Below are positions 11,601 to 23,686 of a DNA stretch of 64,000 bases, in pieces. Made by a program: the position numbers and the translations under genes. The notes beneath the pieces are model-generated. The model ran no database searches, was not told the DNA's origin, and saw only the letters and a program-made list of their open reading frames with translations. Position 1 is the stretch's first letter; each line of letters opens with the position of its first letter. The DNA comes from Saprolegnia diclina VS20 (lineage: Eukaryota): NCBI RefSeq assembly GCF_000281045.1, contig NW_008246116.1:366151-430150 (forward strand), given 5' to 3'.

Positions 11601-14600
11601 CGTGGAGCGGTGCGCCAACCGCTCGGACGAGAAAGCGAACCAAGTCGGCGGCACCCCGCACGCTTGACGGCGTCGCGACGAGTCCTTCCAGTGTAAACGG
11701 CAGCTCGAGCGTCACCACCACGGGGTTGCACACGGGAAGGAGCGTCGAGAGGAGTTGCATCGACCGGACTTGCGGCTCAGTCACGCCAAAGCAGGCAATC
11801 GTCACAAAGATCGACAGCCACGGCGTCGTTGCGAGTGACGCATTGCACGCCGGCGACGACGACACAAACTGGAGCAGCGACAAAATCCCCAACAAACTCG
11901 GGTTCTCCCCGAGCACGTCGAGCGCATACGTCGTGCGCGACGTCTTGTGCGACTCGAGAAGGCGACATACGACGAGCGAGAGTTCGTTGTAGAGCATGTC
12001 AAACACGGCCGAGCTCAGCGTTTGGGGCCCCGAGAGCTGCCGCTTGAAGTGTGGCGGCGTCAGAACGTGCGACGGTGCGAGGGCCTGGTTCGGGTTGCCG
12101 TCGCCTTCGCTCGCGACCTGGACGGCCAAGAGGTACACGACCTTCATCGTTGCTTGGCGGACGTCGGCGCGGCCCACATCGAGGAGCTCTTGGAGCACGT
12201 GAAAGACGCGGCCGGCCGCGACGAGTGCGTGGTCATCGGGCAAAATGCGCACGCCGAGCGCGTCCAGCAAAAGCAGCTGCCAGCTCGTCGGCTGTGTCGT
12301 TGCGACCGAGAGGTGCCGCACAAGGGCATTGTAGTAGCCTTCGAACGCACAGCGCACGTCGTGCTGGAGCGCATACGGACAGCCCGAGATGCCCGACGAG
12401 TAGTGCCACACGTCGACCGCACGGATCGCAGCGACCACTTGGAGCAAAATCGCCGCTTTGCACGGCAGACGCAGCGCCGAGACGAGCTTGGTCACGCGGC
12501 GAAGGCCGTGCGCACGCTGGAGCGCCATGGCCTGCGCGCTCTGAAGGTGCTCGCTGAGCTTTTTCAGATTGCAGTCGCTGCGGCAAAACGCCGCAATGCT
12601 TGCAATGATCTCGGCGTCGACGTCACGGAGGCTGGCGTCCGGTGTCTCGTCCGCGTCAAACGAGCTGCTGCGCTTGCCCATCGAGATCTTGCGCACGAGC
12701 GTCGGCAGCTCGTGGTAGTAGACACCAATGCCATCGTCGGCTTTGGTTGGACTCAAATGCAGTAAAAAGTCCACCTTGGCCAATAGCGTGGCGGCAATCT
12801 CGTCGTACGATAGTCCGTGTGAGTTCTTGAGCCGAAGTGCATACGCCTTGAGCTCGTACGCCTTTTGCCACAGCGACCGAAGCGGCTTGGGCGCCGGCGA
12901 CGTCTTGGTACCGGCGGCCTTGTCCTCAAACTCGGCATACGAGCTCATGCCGCAGTGGTACAGCATACACCCGAGCACGGCGCGGATCGCCTTCTCCAGA
13001 CTCGCACCGCCCATGCGCACCACGAGCGGGCTTGCGTTGGCAAACTTGAGCACCCACTTGTCAAAAGCCGGGTGGAGGCCGTCCATGAGCTGCTTGAAGA
13101 ACGCCGACGTCGACGGTTTGCTCGACGACAACCCGGCTTGAAACAGCGGCGACCGGAGCCAACGCGCGTCGGCCTCGTCAATGTGTGTCTCGGGCGAGGC
13201 GCCAATGAGCTGCCCGTACAAGTGGCCGCCGAGCCCCGCGAGCAAGAGGCGCGCGTCCGACTCGTCACTGGACGACATACTCGAAGGCTCTTGCAGCAAA
13301 ATCTCGTCGATCGTGTCGAGGACAAACGGCTCGTCGTCGACGTTCGACCAGCACAGCATGGACGCGACGACCGGCGTCAACAGCGACGACAGTGCTTGCC
13401 GTGCTGGCGCTGGCTTGCACGCCGCAAGCAGCGTCTTGGCGTAAAAGGCGGCCAGCGGTGTCGGCTCGAGGCTTGGCGGGGCATTCCGGCCGTCGACCGT
13501 GATTGCCTCACCACCAAGAGGCACGACCGAGGTCGAAAAGGCAATGCTGTCGTGCGCGTTGCAGAGCGAGACCGCGGGCGCGTACGCCTCGCCGGCGACC
13601 AAGTCGAGCACAAGCGCAGGGCCCACGGGCGCATTCGACGCTGTGTTGACCACGAGAAGGGTTCCCGCGGTCGAGTCGAGCTTCATGTCGAGTACGATCG
13701 GCGCCGCGCCGAGGAACGGCAGATGCGCCGACTTGGTGCGAACCCCCACATGGTACCAGTCGCCAGTGAGCTGCCAGCCGTAGCTACTGGGATCACTACC
13801 GACATACGACCGCGCCGTGGACGATGATGGTGCAGTCGACGCAATGCCAAGAAAGAGCTGGCCAATGTTCTGGACCTGGGTTACCGTCACTTGCCACGTG
13901 TGCACGCCCGACCCTACTCAGTACGTGTGGCTACCACACCAGAGAGTACTCTCGCTACACCTCGCGTAAACGTCTTGGACCCCAACGCCGTGCGCCACGC
14001 TCCGCCCATCGTGTTGGTGACACTCAAGCCATCGGCTAAAACTTGGAGCTTCTCGTCCGACGCGCCTTCAAAGCGCAAGTGCCCGCCCAGCGGTGATGCG
14101 GTCGCCTTGGCCTGTCCGTCGAGCAGTGCTGTGAGCGAGTAGGCGCGCTGTGTCAGCTGCGCATTGTTGGCCGCGTGCTCGTCGAGAAGCAGCATTCCGT
14201 CGGTCGGGTCGACGTCAAAGACCCAGCCACCCGTGAGCAATTCGACGTACTGTACAGAGTCGTTTGGGTACTGGAGCACGTTCTTGGTCTCGATGAGTTG
14301 GCCAATGCTGAGCGTGCGGCCTGTCTTGGGCGCCTTGACGTTCGGCGTCTCGCGCACACCAATAGGGCAGTTGACGACCTTGAAGAAGCGCGTGTCGTCG
14401 TGCCACTGCAAGAGGCGCGACACGGTGCACGGTGTCCAGTGCCGCCGCAAGTCGGCAAGTAAACGGTCTTGGAGCGACACCAAGAGCGACCGTGCCGACG
14501 ATGTTCCATGCGTCGACGCAGTCAGCAGCGCTTTCAAAATCGTTTTGGTCGTCTCGATCGGCACGGCCAGCGTACTCGCCACATAGAAGCGCTGCCACTC

Positions 14601-17600
14601 TTCGTACAAGACAACGAGTTGCTCGGCCGGTGATGTCGCGTCCAGCGATGGCATGCGCGGGAGTTTCTCGAGCACGCTAATGACCTCGGCCTTCGTGATG
14701 AGCGGGATGTTGTCGTCGCTCGTGTCGAGAAGACTGCGCTTGACGGCATCGAGCGCCCACGGGAAGAGCAATGACGACGACGATGGCGCGTCACTGGCCG
14801 GCATCCACTGCGCGAGCAAATGCGGCGTCGACGTCAGCGTGTCGCAGAGCGTGTCGAGACGCAACGCTGGGGCGTCGACGCATGTCAAGAGCCGCAAAAG
14901 GAGCTCGGCGCGGGCCAGCGGTGTCGGGCAAAACACTTCAAGGCCGGCGGTTTGCGCCAGAATCGCTTCGGCGCGCACAGCGTCGTTCATGTCATCGTCA
15001 TACCAATCAACCGTCTCGCAACGCAACAACATGTCACGTAAGCGCTCCGCAAACGACGACGACGACGACGACGACGACGTTTGCATACCGAGGCCGACGC
15101 TGGCCGGCGGCAGCCCGAGGGACGTAGACGAGTGCGAACTCAGCGGCGCAAAGTTGGCCCGCAAGACGCGCAAGAGCCCGAACACCTGCGGACCATCGAG
15201 AAGGTCCTTCTCCTGCATCCACTGCGCCAGCACCGAATGCAGCAAAAGGAACGTCAGCACGTGCGGCCACACGACCGACGACACAACGTCGACAGCACCC
15301 AACGCCAACGACAGGTGCTTGACACGCAGCGACGCAATCGTGGCCGCCGCACGCGGCTCGAGGGCGGCAAGAATCTGGCCAGGCAGGTTCGTCTCCGGTA
15401 TGGCTGTCGTCGTCGTCGTCACGATGCCATGCCCCGCCGCGTCCGGCTGCGTCGTCCACCCCGCGTCCGAGGCAAGCGAGCCATGCCAGAGCGGGACACG
15501 CCCCGTGGTATCGTGGACAATGGTCCCACGGCCTTGAACGAACGCGTACCGTGCCACGTCTCTTGGCGGCTGCTTCTCGCAGGGCGGACTCGCCAAAACG
15601 CGCACGAGACGCACGTCGCCCTGCCACGGCGCAAAGCTCGGCACACTCGGCGCGCCGCCGACAACAAACGCCAGCGACAGACTCAGACCGTTCGGATCGA
15701 GCGACGCGCCACTCGAAACAACCCGTTCGACAGCGACGCCATCGACGTAAAAGACGACGCGGTCGGTCGTAAAGCTGAGCCCAATCTTGTGCACGGTGTT
15801 GTCGCAGAGGTAGCGCTGGGCTGTGGCAAACTTGCGTTCGCGCGACCGCAAGCAGAGACGCCCGGTCGGCGTGACCCCCAAGACAAAGAGGTACGAAGGA
15901 CCGGCAGACTCCAAGCACCCGAGCACGACTTGGAACTGTGGATGGTGTGTGTAGCGGACAATGGCCTCGCAGTGAAAGGCGTGTGGCCACTTGGGACAGG
16001 CTTGGAAAAGGCGCGCCGGCACAAGCAGAGGTCCGCCCGTCGACGGCGCGTAGGCGACATCCAGAGCGGGTTGTGGCGCATACGTGGTCTCGAGGCGCAG
16101 CGCATTCGATGGGGCTGTCCCGACCACCGTGCTCTCGCGCGATACGTGCAGTGCCTCGAGCGACGCCTTCTTACTCGCGACAAACTTGGACAGTTCCTTG
16201 ACCGAGAGCGCTTTGGTTTCGTGCAGCTGCACGTGGTGCAGGTACCCACGAAAGCCCTTGTAGTCGGTCGTCGCCTTCTTGACGCCAACCGGCGTCTTAC
16301 CAAAATGGAACGGATGGGTGTTGTGGAGCACCTTGTCGGCCAGCGTCAAGCTCCGGTCCTCCTTGCCGTTGAGCACCAAGCGCAGCGTGAGGTCGTCACA
16401 CACGATTGCGACATGCGTCCAGCGGTGCGTTGCAAGCGGCGCCGACGAGACCACGGTCGAGTTCCAGTCGGACGCGGTCGAGACACACACCGCGAGGAGC
16501 AGTCGGTCGCAGCTCAGAAAGACACTTGGCGTGCGCTGCATCGAGGCGTCCTGGCCCTTGAGGCAGATCGTGCGCCACGGCCGCGGCTCGGACCCGTCCT
16601 GCAGCGGCAGCGGGTAGATGAAGAACGAGAGCGTCCACGCTGACGGCGACAACTGCACGCTGCGACCGACGCGGACGCTGGTGCCCATCTCGGGGTAAAA
16701 CTCGGTGCACGGCGCAGGCAGTAGCGGGACACCGCCGACCGCGGTCGCCTCGACCGTGGGCACAGGTGGCTGGAACCCGAGTTGCTGCCACACACTTGCA
16801 TACACGCTGCTGCGCGGTGTCGACAAGAGCGACTGGAACCCGCGGTGTCCAACGCTGAGCGCTGGTGTCCACGCCGTCAACGGTGCGACAACTGCCGTTG
16901 TTGTCGCAAGTGGGGTCGAGAACGACACGACGCCGGTCGTCCCGTCGATCACCACCGTAAGCGAGCTCCACGCGCTTGACGCCTCCGTCGACGTAGCGAC
17001 GATGGCACCGTCGCGGTAGATGTGACGGCCGTCAAAGCCGATCGATTCCATGTCATCGCCGAGCCCAACGGTGTGGCAGCGTCGCCCCGGCGCCATCCAA
17101 CCGACACGCAGGCCCGTCTCGATGGCCGTCGTCGTCGAGAGTGTGTAGCGAAACGGACCACGCGTGACGACGCAAGCAACGGCAGCCAGCGTCGTGGACT
17201 CGGATAAGGACGGTGTCGCATGCAGCGTGTTGTCGTCGTCGATCGTGATCGCCGCAGACGCGGCGCCGTCCAATGGGACCCACTGCAAGCGCTTGTACGC
17301 GTCGTTCTCGGTGCGAATGTCGGAGCGCGCCTTGTCGCGAAGTTCGTGCAGATTGAGTTGGGCAGTGCTGTCCTCGAGTGCGGCGAGCGCCGTCCGCACG
17401 CGGTCGGCAAGATCGCGCGCCTTGGCCTCGCTCGTCGATTTTGGAAGCAGCAACGACGCTTTGAGGAGCACGAGGAGCTCCAAGAAGAGCAACTCTTCCT
17501 TGGTGACGTGACCCTTGGTCTTGGACTGGCGCAGGAAGCCAGAGACCGCTTGGTACAAGACGGGCTCGGCGTTCTTCAAGATGACCAGCGGCTCGGTGAG

Positions 17601-17870
17601 GTCGACGTCGAGGCTATCGTCTTTCAGCAGCTCGGCGGATGGCTCGACATCGGCGCCTTCCGCGGTAGGCTTTATATCGGCAGCGACAAGGTCCAAGATG
17701 CGCTTGTCGAGAACGCTCGTCGAAGCCGTGTCCATGTCGGCGGTCTCGCGGAGGAAGCAGCAGGCCATGGATCGTCGGGAGAGGCAGCTCTGGTAGAGCC
17801 CCTCGCCGCATGCAGCATGCACGTCTTGGATGAGCTCCTTCAGCTTCGTCTTCCCACGGTCCACTTCCAT
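2633..17870 (-). CDS. Giant multidomain HECT E3 ubiquitin ligase (~4,900 aa, HERC/HECTD4-like scaffold without visible RCC1 repeats): multiple SPRY/B30.2, LamG/ConA-like, SH3-like, H2B-H2A histone doublet, UBA, FAMeT/DUF3421-like, MORN, RanBP2 Zn finger, HECT
   Basis: Joins ORFs 13914..17870 and 4495..13905 with small 3' exons via GT-AG introns that keep frame (13914-13960, 4629-4674, 4442-4487, 3793-3842, plus several between 2.76 and 3.47 kb). HECT motifs: GEGVDDHGGPYR, FLGRLLGLAMR, LEELVCGSPEIDV, IQFFWQCL, LPHSQTCFFSLSLPRYSS (catalytic Cys), stop TGA at 2633-2635. UBA LQSMMTMGFPEAWCKRALEESNHEVNTALNWIL (~10108-10206). RanBP2 WSCDACTMLND...CQICETPR (~4750-4825). SPRY motifs YWEV/GDVVG. Confidence 0.93.
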
Positions 17871-18252
17871 GCTGTCGCGGATCGCAGGGACGAGATGGGA
17901 GGTCTTTGGCTGCTTTCGTTTTCCTGACTAACATCACCCCACTTCCTCCGGATAACACACACCCAAATAGTGTACGACCGTCGCGATCCCCTGCACGCAC
18001 CAAACGACCGCAAAGGTCACCCGACGCGGCGTGCACGCCTCGCCCTCGACCTGCAAAGGCATGCGTCGGAGGAATACACGCGCCATCTAGCGTACCGCAC
18101 AGCCGAGAGCACTACCTTTGAAATTCACACTATTCTCAATATAACATTATTTGATGCATATAAACGCCAGGATCGCGATCTTCAACCTCGCCATGTCCCA
18201 CATATCGGCTCATGATGGTCCCATCGTCAAGCCAGTCGTCGTCGTGATGGTA

Positions 18253-18890
18253 TCAGCTTCGTATCAAGGGCTCCAGCATCGCTTGCTGCGGCGGCAAGGA
18301 TGCCCACATGTCCATGCATCGAAGCGGCCGCTGACGTGGCGTCACGTGCGCGTCATAGCCGCTGGCATCTCGGCGGCGAGTTGCGCGTGCACGGCCAGCT
18401 GGAACTTGCGCAGTGCACGCTGCTCTTGCTTGTGCTTGAGGTACAGCGCCACATAGTAGGTCGGGCACGCCGTGTCGGCCACGTCCGCATCGACGTTCGC
18501 AGCCTCTTTCAGCACGGCCTGGTACGTCGTATCTTCGCTTTCATGCAGCTGCGTGAGCGCTCGTTCGTCTTGGGCGTGGCGGGCGGTGAGCACTGCGAAC
18601 TCGTCGACATGCACTCGGTGTAGCAACGGCGCATCCGGGTCAATGCATGAAGCAGAAGCAGCTAGCAGACGCAAAGCAGCATGGAGAGGGACACGTCGCG
18701 TCGCATGGGACCCGCCGTCTTGTCCCGCCTTCGGTGTCAAGGTTCCGATTGGGACTTGAGGTAGTTGGCACCGCTCGGCCATCGCTGGACGCTGCGCGCT
18801 GGAAGCCGCGATGGCCTCGTGAGCGCACGCAGCCCTCGCCTTTATGGGCTGGAACATGCAGCGTCGCCATCGTAGTGCGTTGGCCGTCAT
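18253..18890 (-). CDS. Hypothetical protein, boundaries and splicing uncertain
   Basis: ORF 18342..18890 has a helical, coding-like segment (HRVHVDEFAVL...YYVALYLKHKQEQRALRKFQL) with GC3-rich codons. No recognisable family. Confidence 0.4.
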
Positions 18891-18939
18891 GACAGACGCG
18901 ACAGGCGAGCCAATAACGGAGTCGAATGGTATTGACGAC

Positions 18940-20073
18940 TTAGACGCTGGCGACGCGCAGTTGGAGGAACGCCGTCTTGTGGCGGTACAAGAACGGGCTG
19001 CTCGTGACGCTGAGGGCTGCCGCGGTCATCGCCATGACGCGCTGCGAGAAATCGAGCGGCGTCTCGGTCGCGTCGATGCTCTACGGAGTCTTGACGCTCT
19101 ATTTGACGAGGATGCATGAGTCACGTACGGTGGGCGGTAAGACGCGCAGTGTAAAGCGGTGCCACGGTACAAAGAGAAACCACAGCACATTCGCGATCGT
19201 CGAGCTCGACTCGTCGTTCATGTGCACGGGCTAGGGTCCGTCGTATCAACCTCCACGACCGTCTAGAACGTACAAAAGGCCCGTCGGTCGCCGAGAGTGC
19301 AATGGGTTGGATGCGCACGCCAAGGCCAAAGAGGAACGTGTGGTACTGGAGTAGTCCGGTGACGCCATTCGTCATCCCACCCTATATATTTCACAGCAAA
19401 TTTGGAGACGAAAACACCACATATATCAAATAAAAACCGATACCTCGGGAAAACACAGAATCGGACAACGATTTGCACGGACTTTCTCGGTGAGCAGCGT
19501 GCGCAGTGCGTCTCGGCCAGACGTATTGCCTTGGGTGCGCGACGCATGTGGCACGTAAATGTAGCCGTACGCAGCCGCTAGCCGACGAAACACCCGCGAC
19601 GACTTGAAGAAATCGTACCCGAGCGTCTCGAACGGTCCGAGCACTTGGAGCGCGATCGCGTCGAGCTCACTCACGTGGTTGCACACAAGGATGGGCGGCG
19701 ACGGCGGCTGCCAATGGCGGTCCGGATCGAGCAGCGTCACAAAGAGACCCATCGGGACCGAGAGCCGCGCGAACGCACGGCTTATGACCGCGGCGTCCTT
19801 GAGGTAGAGAAGACACGCGAAAAAAATAGCGAGCAGCACGAGCCGCAGGCAGAGCAACAGGAGCCCGAGCGGCGCATAGAGAAGAAGGGCTAGATGGCCA
19901 AAGTGGATCGGCCGGTGCAAACGCTGCGTGTGCAGCATGCGCGACAAGGCGTGGAGGCCCGGTGTCGAGTGAAAGGTCGACGGGGTCCACAGCTCTGGGT
20001 GTTCGAGCACATGGGTTGCTGCAGATAGACCGTCGTCGCCGTCCTCGATCGACGGGTGCACCGGTGCGCTCAT
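18940..20073 (-). CDS. AUP1-like / PlsC-type lysophospholipid acyltransferase
   Basis: ATG 20073 (MSAPVHP). Hairpin TM LLLYAPLGLLLLCLRL resembles the AUP1 N-terminus. Acyltransferase motifs VCNHVSELD (HxxxxD) and FPEG.TNG..GLLQY across an intron. Three short introns; ends ...LRVASV* at 18940. Confidence 0.8.
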
Positions 20074-20397
20074 ACGACTACGCAAGCTGTGATGACTATA
20101 AATATCGCATCGACTATGCAAGTTGGTTCGCGATGACGTCATTGGTCGAGTATCTATCAATCTATCAGTCCACCGCACACCCGAAACCAAAATTCATTGT
20201 CCAAAAAGTCAAAAACAAGAACCGAAAATCAAAATACAAGAACCAAAATACGAGAACCAAAAACCAACGCACAAAACAAAACAAACCCAACGACAAGACA
20301 GTCGCTTTATAAAAAGACTAGACATATACGTTCGACGATGCGCTCGCCCTTCGTTCGCGCGATTACATGTTCTCTCGTCGATCTCTCAACGCGTTCT

Positions 20398-22125
20398 TTA
20401 CAAAGCACACTCGAACCACTTGACGGGCTTGCGGTCGCACCCCCACCAGCCATCGCCGTACCGCATTGACGCATCGAGGTGGTTGATGCTCGCCTTGAAG
20501 TGAAAGCTCGTCTCGGCGCTCGTGCCAAACTTGCGCGGATCGATGCCGACGGCGCAACTCGTAAAGTCGACGACGCCATCGTACTCGGGACTGTCGTGCT
20601 TGGACATTTTGCCGACAACACCGATCGCAGCCGAGGCAAGCGACGTCAAGCCGACCGCGTTCGTGCCGCAGAGGACGCGCGTGACGTGCTTTTGTCGCAC
20701 TGCTTGGGCGGCTGCGAACTTGGCTTGCATAGTGGCCGACACCGTCGATTGGTGCTTGAGCGAGTCGTACGCTTGCTGGACGGGGCAGAACCCCACTTGC
20801 TTCAAAATGAACTTGAGGATTTCGTTGCCCCAGCCGCCGGCCGCGCACTTGTTGGCGAGAAGGTTGGCGGTCTTGCTGCCCTGCATCGGACCGGCGATCG
20901 AGACCCACGTCACGTCCTTTCCGATATTGCACTTGTTGTTGGCGACTGCGCTGCTCGCAATCAAGTTGCCCATCGAGAAGGTCACAAGGATCATGCTCCC
21001 GAGCTCCTTGGAGCCATACATCGGAGCCTTGCTCACCCGCAGCGCGGCGTCGCAGAACTCTTGCTGCGTCGACGCATCGTCCCAGCGGTGGTTGGTGGTC
21101 TCGAGATGGATGAACTGGACGCTCGAGCAGCACGGCGCATGCTCCTGGATGTCGCCCCACCCCGATGGAAACGTCGACGTCATCGGGCCCGCCTCGGTTT
21201 CGCCGACACCATGCACGAAGAGGCACGGCTTCTTCTTGCCCATCTTGCAGCCGCACGACGCCTTGTTGATGACTGTCGAGCGCTCGTAGCCCGCCATGTA
21301 TGAGGCAACGTCCGACGACGTCTGCAAAAGCGACTTGGCAACCGGCAAGACCGTGTCAGCGACAACCGCGTCGCAACTCAAAGGCTGGCCGTTCGGCAGC
21401 ACCGGGATCTCCATCTCGGGCAGCAGCGTCGGGTCCGAGAGGTACTCGACCGCAATGTCCAAGTCCGTGCCGGTGGCGTGCGTGAGCAGGTTGTTTTTGG
21501 AATTGCAAAACACAAACGACTCGCCCGCAAACGACAAATGCAGCAGCTTGCCGTCCGGGCAGTCGGCAATCGTGACGTTGGCGACCTTGTAGTTGTCGAG
21601 GACGCTCGACTCATGCAGGCTCGTCTGCATGAGCTGGACGGGCGGCACGCGGCCTGCATCGAGGCACTCGGCCGAGACGACGACGCCGTTCTTGGACGCT
21701 GCGTAGTACGCCTTGTGGTCGAGCAAAAGGTACGTCTCCGTGATTTCCGGGCCCACTTGGGTCAAGAGCGCGTCAAAGAGCAAGGTGGACCCGACGCCAC
21801 CCCGGGGCACAACGTACACGTCGGCGGTCGCCTTGCCGTTGAAGCGCATGCTCTCGCGCTTGGCGGTGAGCGAGATCTTGAGCCCGGGGCTCTGCTGGAT
21901 GTTGGTGATGATTTCGGTCGCGTGGTTGGTGACGTGCGTCTGAAACACAAAGATGGCGCCGAGCGTGACGCAGACGACGCCGGTCAGCGCCACGATCGCA
22001 ATCACAATCCGCGTGCGCGAAGGCCAGCGCGACGTCGTCATCGGGGCCGGCACCTCGTCGCTCGGTGTCGTAGCGACGTTGTAGTCGAGCGGCGACGCGG
22101 CCTTGGTGGTATGAATACCCGTCAT
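20398..22125 (-). CDS. Type II membrane, Cys-rich alpha/beta-hydrolase (lipase/esterase-like), paralog 1
   Basis: Single exon. One N-terminal TM (IVIAIVALTGVVCVTLGAIFVF), PCLFVHG oxyanion motif, TFSMG nucleophile, PMQGS, DGVVD, NHLD, C-terminal KPVKWFECAL. Confidence 0.75.
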   Translation of the reverse strand: MTGIHTTKAASPLDYNVATTPSDEVPAPMTTSRWPSRTRIVIAIVALTGVVCVTLGAIFVFQTHVTNHATEIITNIQQSPGLKISLTAKRESMRFNGKATADVYVVPRGGVGSTLLFDALLTQVGPEITETYLLLDHKAYYAASKNGVVVSAECLDAGRVPPVQLMQTSLHESSVLDNYKVANVTIADCPDGKLLHLSFAGESFVFCNSKNNLLTHATGTDLDIAVEYLSDPTLLPEMEIPVLPNGQPLSCDAVVADTVLPVAKSLLQTSSDVASYMAGYERSTVINKASCGCKMGKKKPCLFVHGVGETEAGPMTSTFPSGWGDIQEHAPCCSSVQFIHLETTNHRWDDASTQQEFCDAALRVSKAPMYGSKELGSMILVTFSMGNLIASSAVANNKCNIGKDVTWVSIAGPMQGSKTANLLANKCAAGGWGNEILKFILKQVGFCPVQQAYDSLKHQSTVSATMQAKFAAAQAVRQKHVTRVLCGTNAVGLTSLASAAIGVVGKMSKHDSPEYDGVVDFTSCAVGIDPRKFGTSAETSFHFKASINHLDASMRYGDGWWGCDRKPVKWFECAL

Positions 22126-23686
22126 TGTGCGAGGCAAGCGGCGGGTGCGCGGAAGCAAGCAAAAGCAAGTCTACCACGCACCTCGCATTGCGCTTTGGCG
22201 TGAGTAACGTGCATACAGGCCACTCACGCTTCAAGACGTCGTGCGCCTTTACTATTCACGGGCTAACCTCGTTGGAAATCACAGTTGGCGACAGATCCAG
22301 TCGTCGGAGACAACCACCACATGTTCAGCCAACATACGGCATGACGGCCCAAAGGTTCCGCGAATGATCCGCTAAGCAAAAGCGTGGGACGGGGAATGTC
22401 GACGTGTAGCATTGTCGTCTTGACGTCGATCAAATCGACTACAGCTCGGTTCTTGTCCCGTTAGGCTGCCGACGGCGGGGAAGAGGCTACTTCAAAAGGG
22501 CAAATGATCATGTTGGCTGTTCTACTCGTACGGCTGATAAGCAAGATGGGAGTACTCCCAAATACACTGGATACGCGAGATTCGAATGTGCTCTGGTGCA
22601 GGACACGGACGGGGCGATGGCCACCGTCGATCAGGGTTGTCGATCAGGGTGGGGTCGGTTGTCTTGTCCGTCCGAGCATGCGGTTGGCGTTGAAGTTCCG
22701 GCACAACCCGCGCGTTGCATCTCCCGATGCGTCGACAGCCAACGACCAACGCGTCGCTAGAGTGCGGACACGGTCGCGTCGCTTTCGAATACCCTCTTTT
22801 GTTGTGCACAGAAAGGCCTAAGATGCTGTGATCCGGACGGGTACCACCCCAGGTACCACCCAGGTCTTAACGGCAACACCAAGGGAACTTGGGGGGAACA
22901 CTGGCAGCGCTGGCGACTGTTACGAGTCGATACATACGCGGCTTCGACTGCGATAGAAGGCGCGTGGGTAGGTGGCCAAATGCACAAGAGAGCTCGAAAT
23001 TCATTCGGCAAAGCCAAAGCGGCGACGCGAAGCCAATGGCATCAGAAATACGCGACTGCACATCTGAGTACAACCACCTGTCCACAACAAGCCGGTCGGT
23101 GCAGCTGGCAAAAGCACATTACATATGTGTAATGTGCCTTTGTCTAGAGTGGGTACCACTGTCGATTATAAAATCTGAAGCGACTACCTACATCAACTAG
23201 ACTAAACTACCGGTACTGATCGATGTATTATCTAGAACTGGTGTGGAGTCATCCAGATGTAGGCCATGGCGCGATGGAAATGGTCACGATGCTGCCTTCT
23301 CGACTTCGCTGGTCGGCGATGGCGAGCTGCTGTGATGAGTTTACATGGCTTGTACCATGCTCACCTCTCTGCTTCTAGCGCAAACAAGCAGCACACATTT
23401 CGCGCCACAGAGACGCATGTCGCGCGTCAGGTGATTAGCATCTGGTTCTCCGTGGGCGGTAGAAGGCGCCCGTGTCCTTCAACCCCTCAACTCGCACTAG
23501 CTCTCAAAATACACAGCTCCACCAGCTCTCACACCAGCTCTCACCACCACGGGTCGACTGTCATCTCACTCGCACATTGCCGCATTCGCTGCTGACAATA
23601 ATGCATCCCAACGTTGATCGACAAAATTGAACGAAAACGGCCAAGTCGACGCTTTTTTGTTTGTGAAAAATCTCGAAACGCCTGCG

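Noticed and set aside
15053..15078. (GAC)n microsatellite
   Set aside because: Simply encodes a poly-Ser linker in the HECT gene.
4500..17927. Many long plus-strand and alternate-frame ORFs overlapping the HECT gene (likewise 46662-48392, 50486-52093, 61286-62431)
   Set aside because: Shadow ORFs expected from high GC3 codon bias; no motifs.
20180..20310. A-rich repetitive tract
   Set aside because: Consistent with a U-rich 3' UTR of the minus-strand hydrolase; not telomeric and not a defined repeat.
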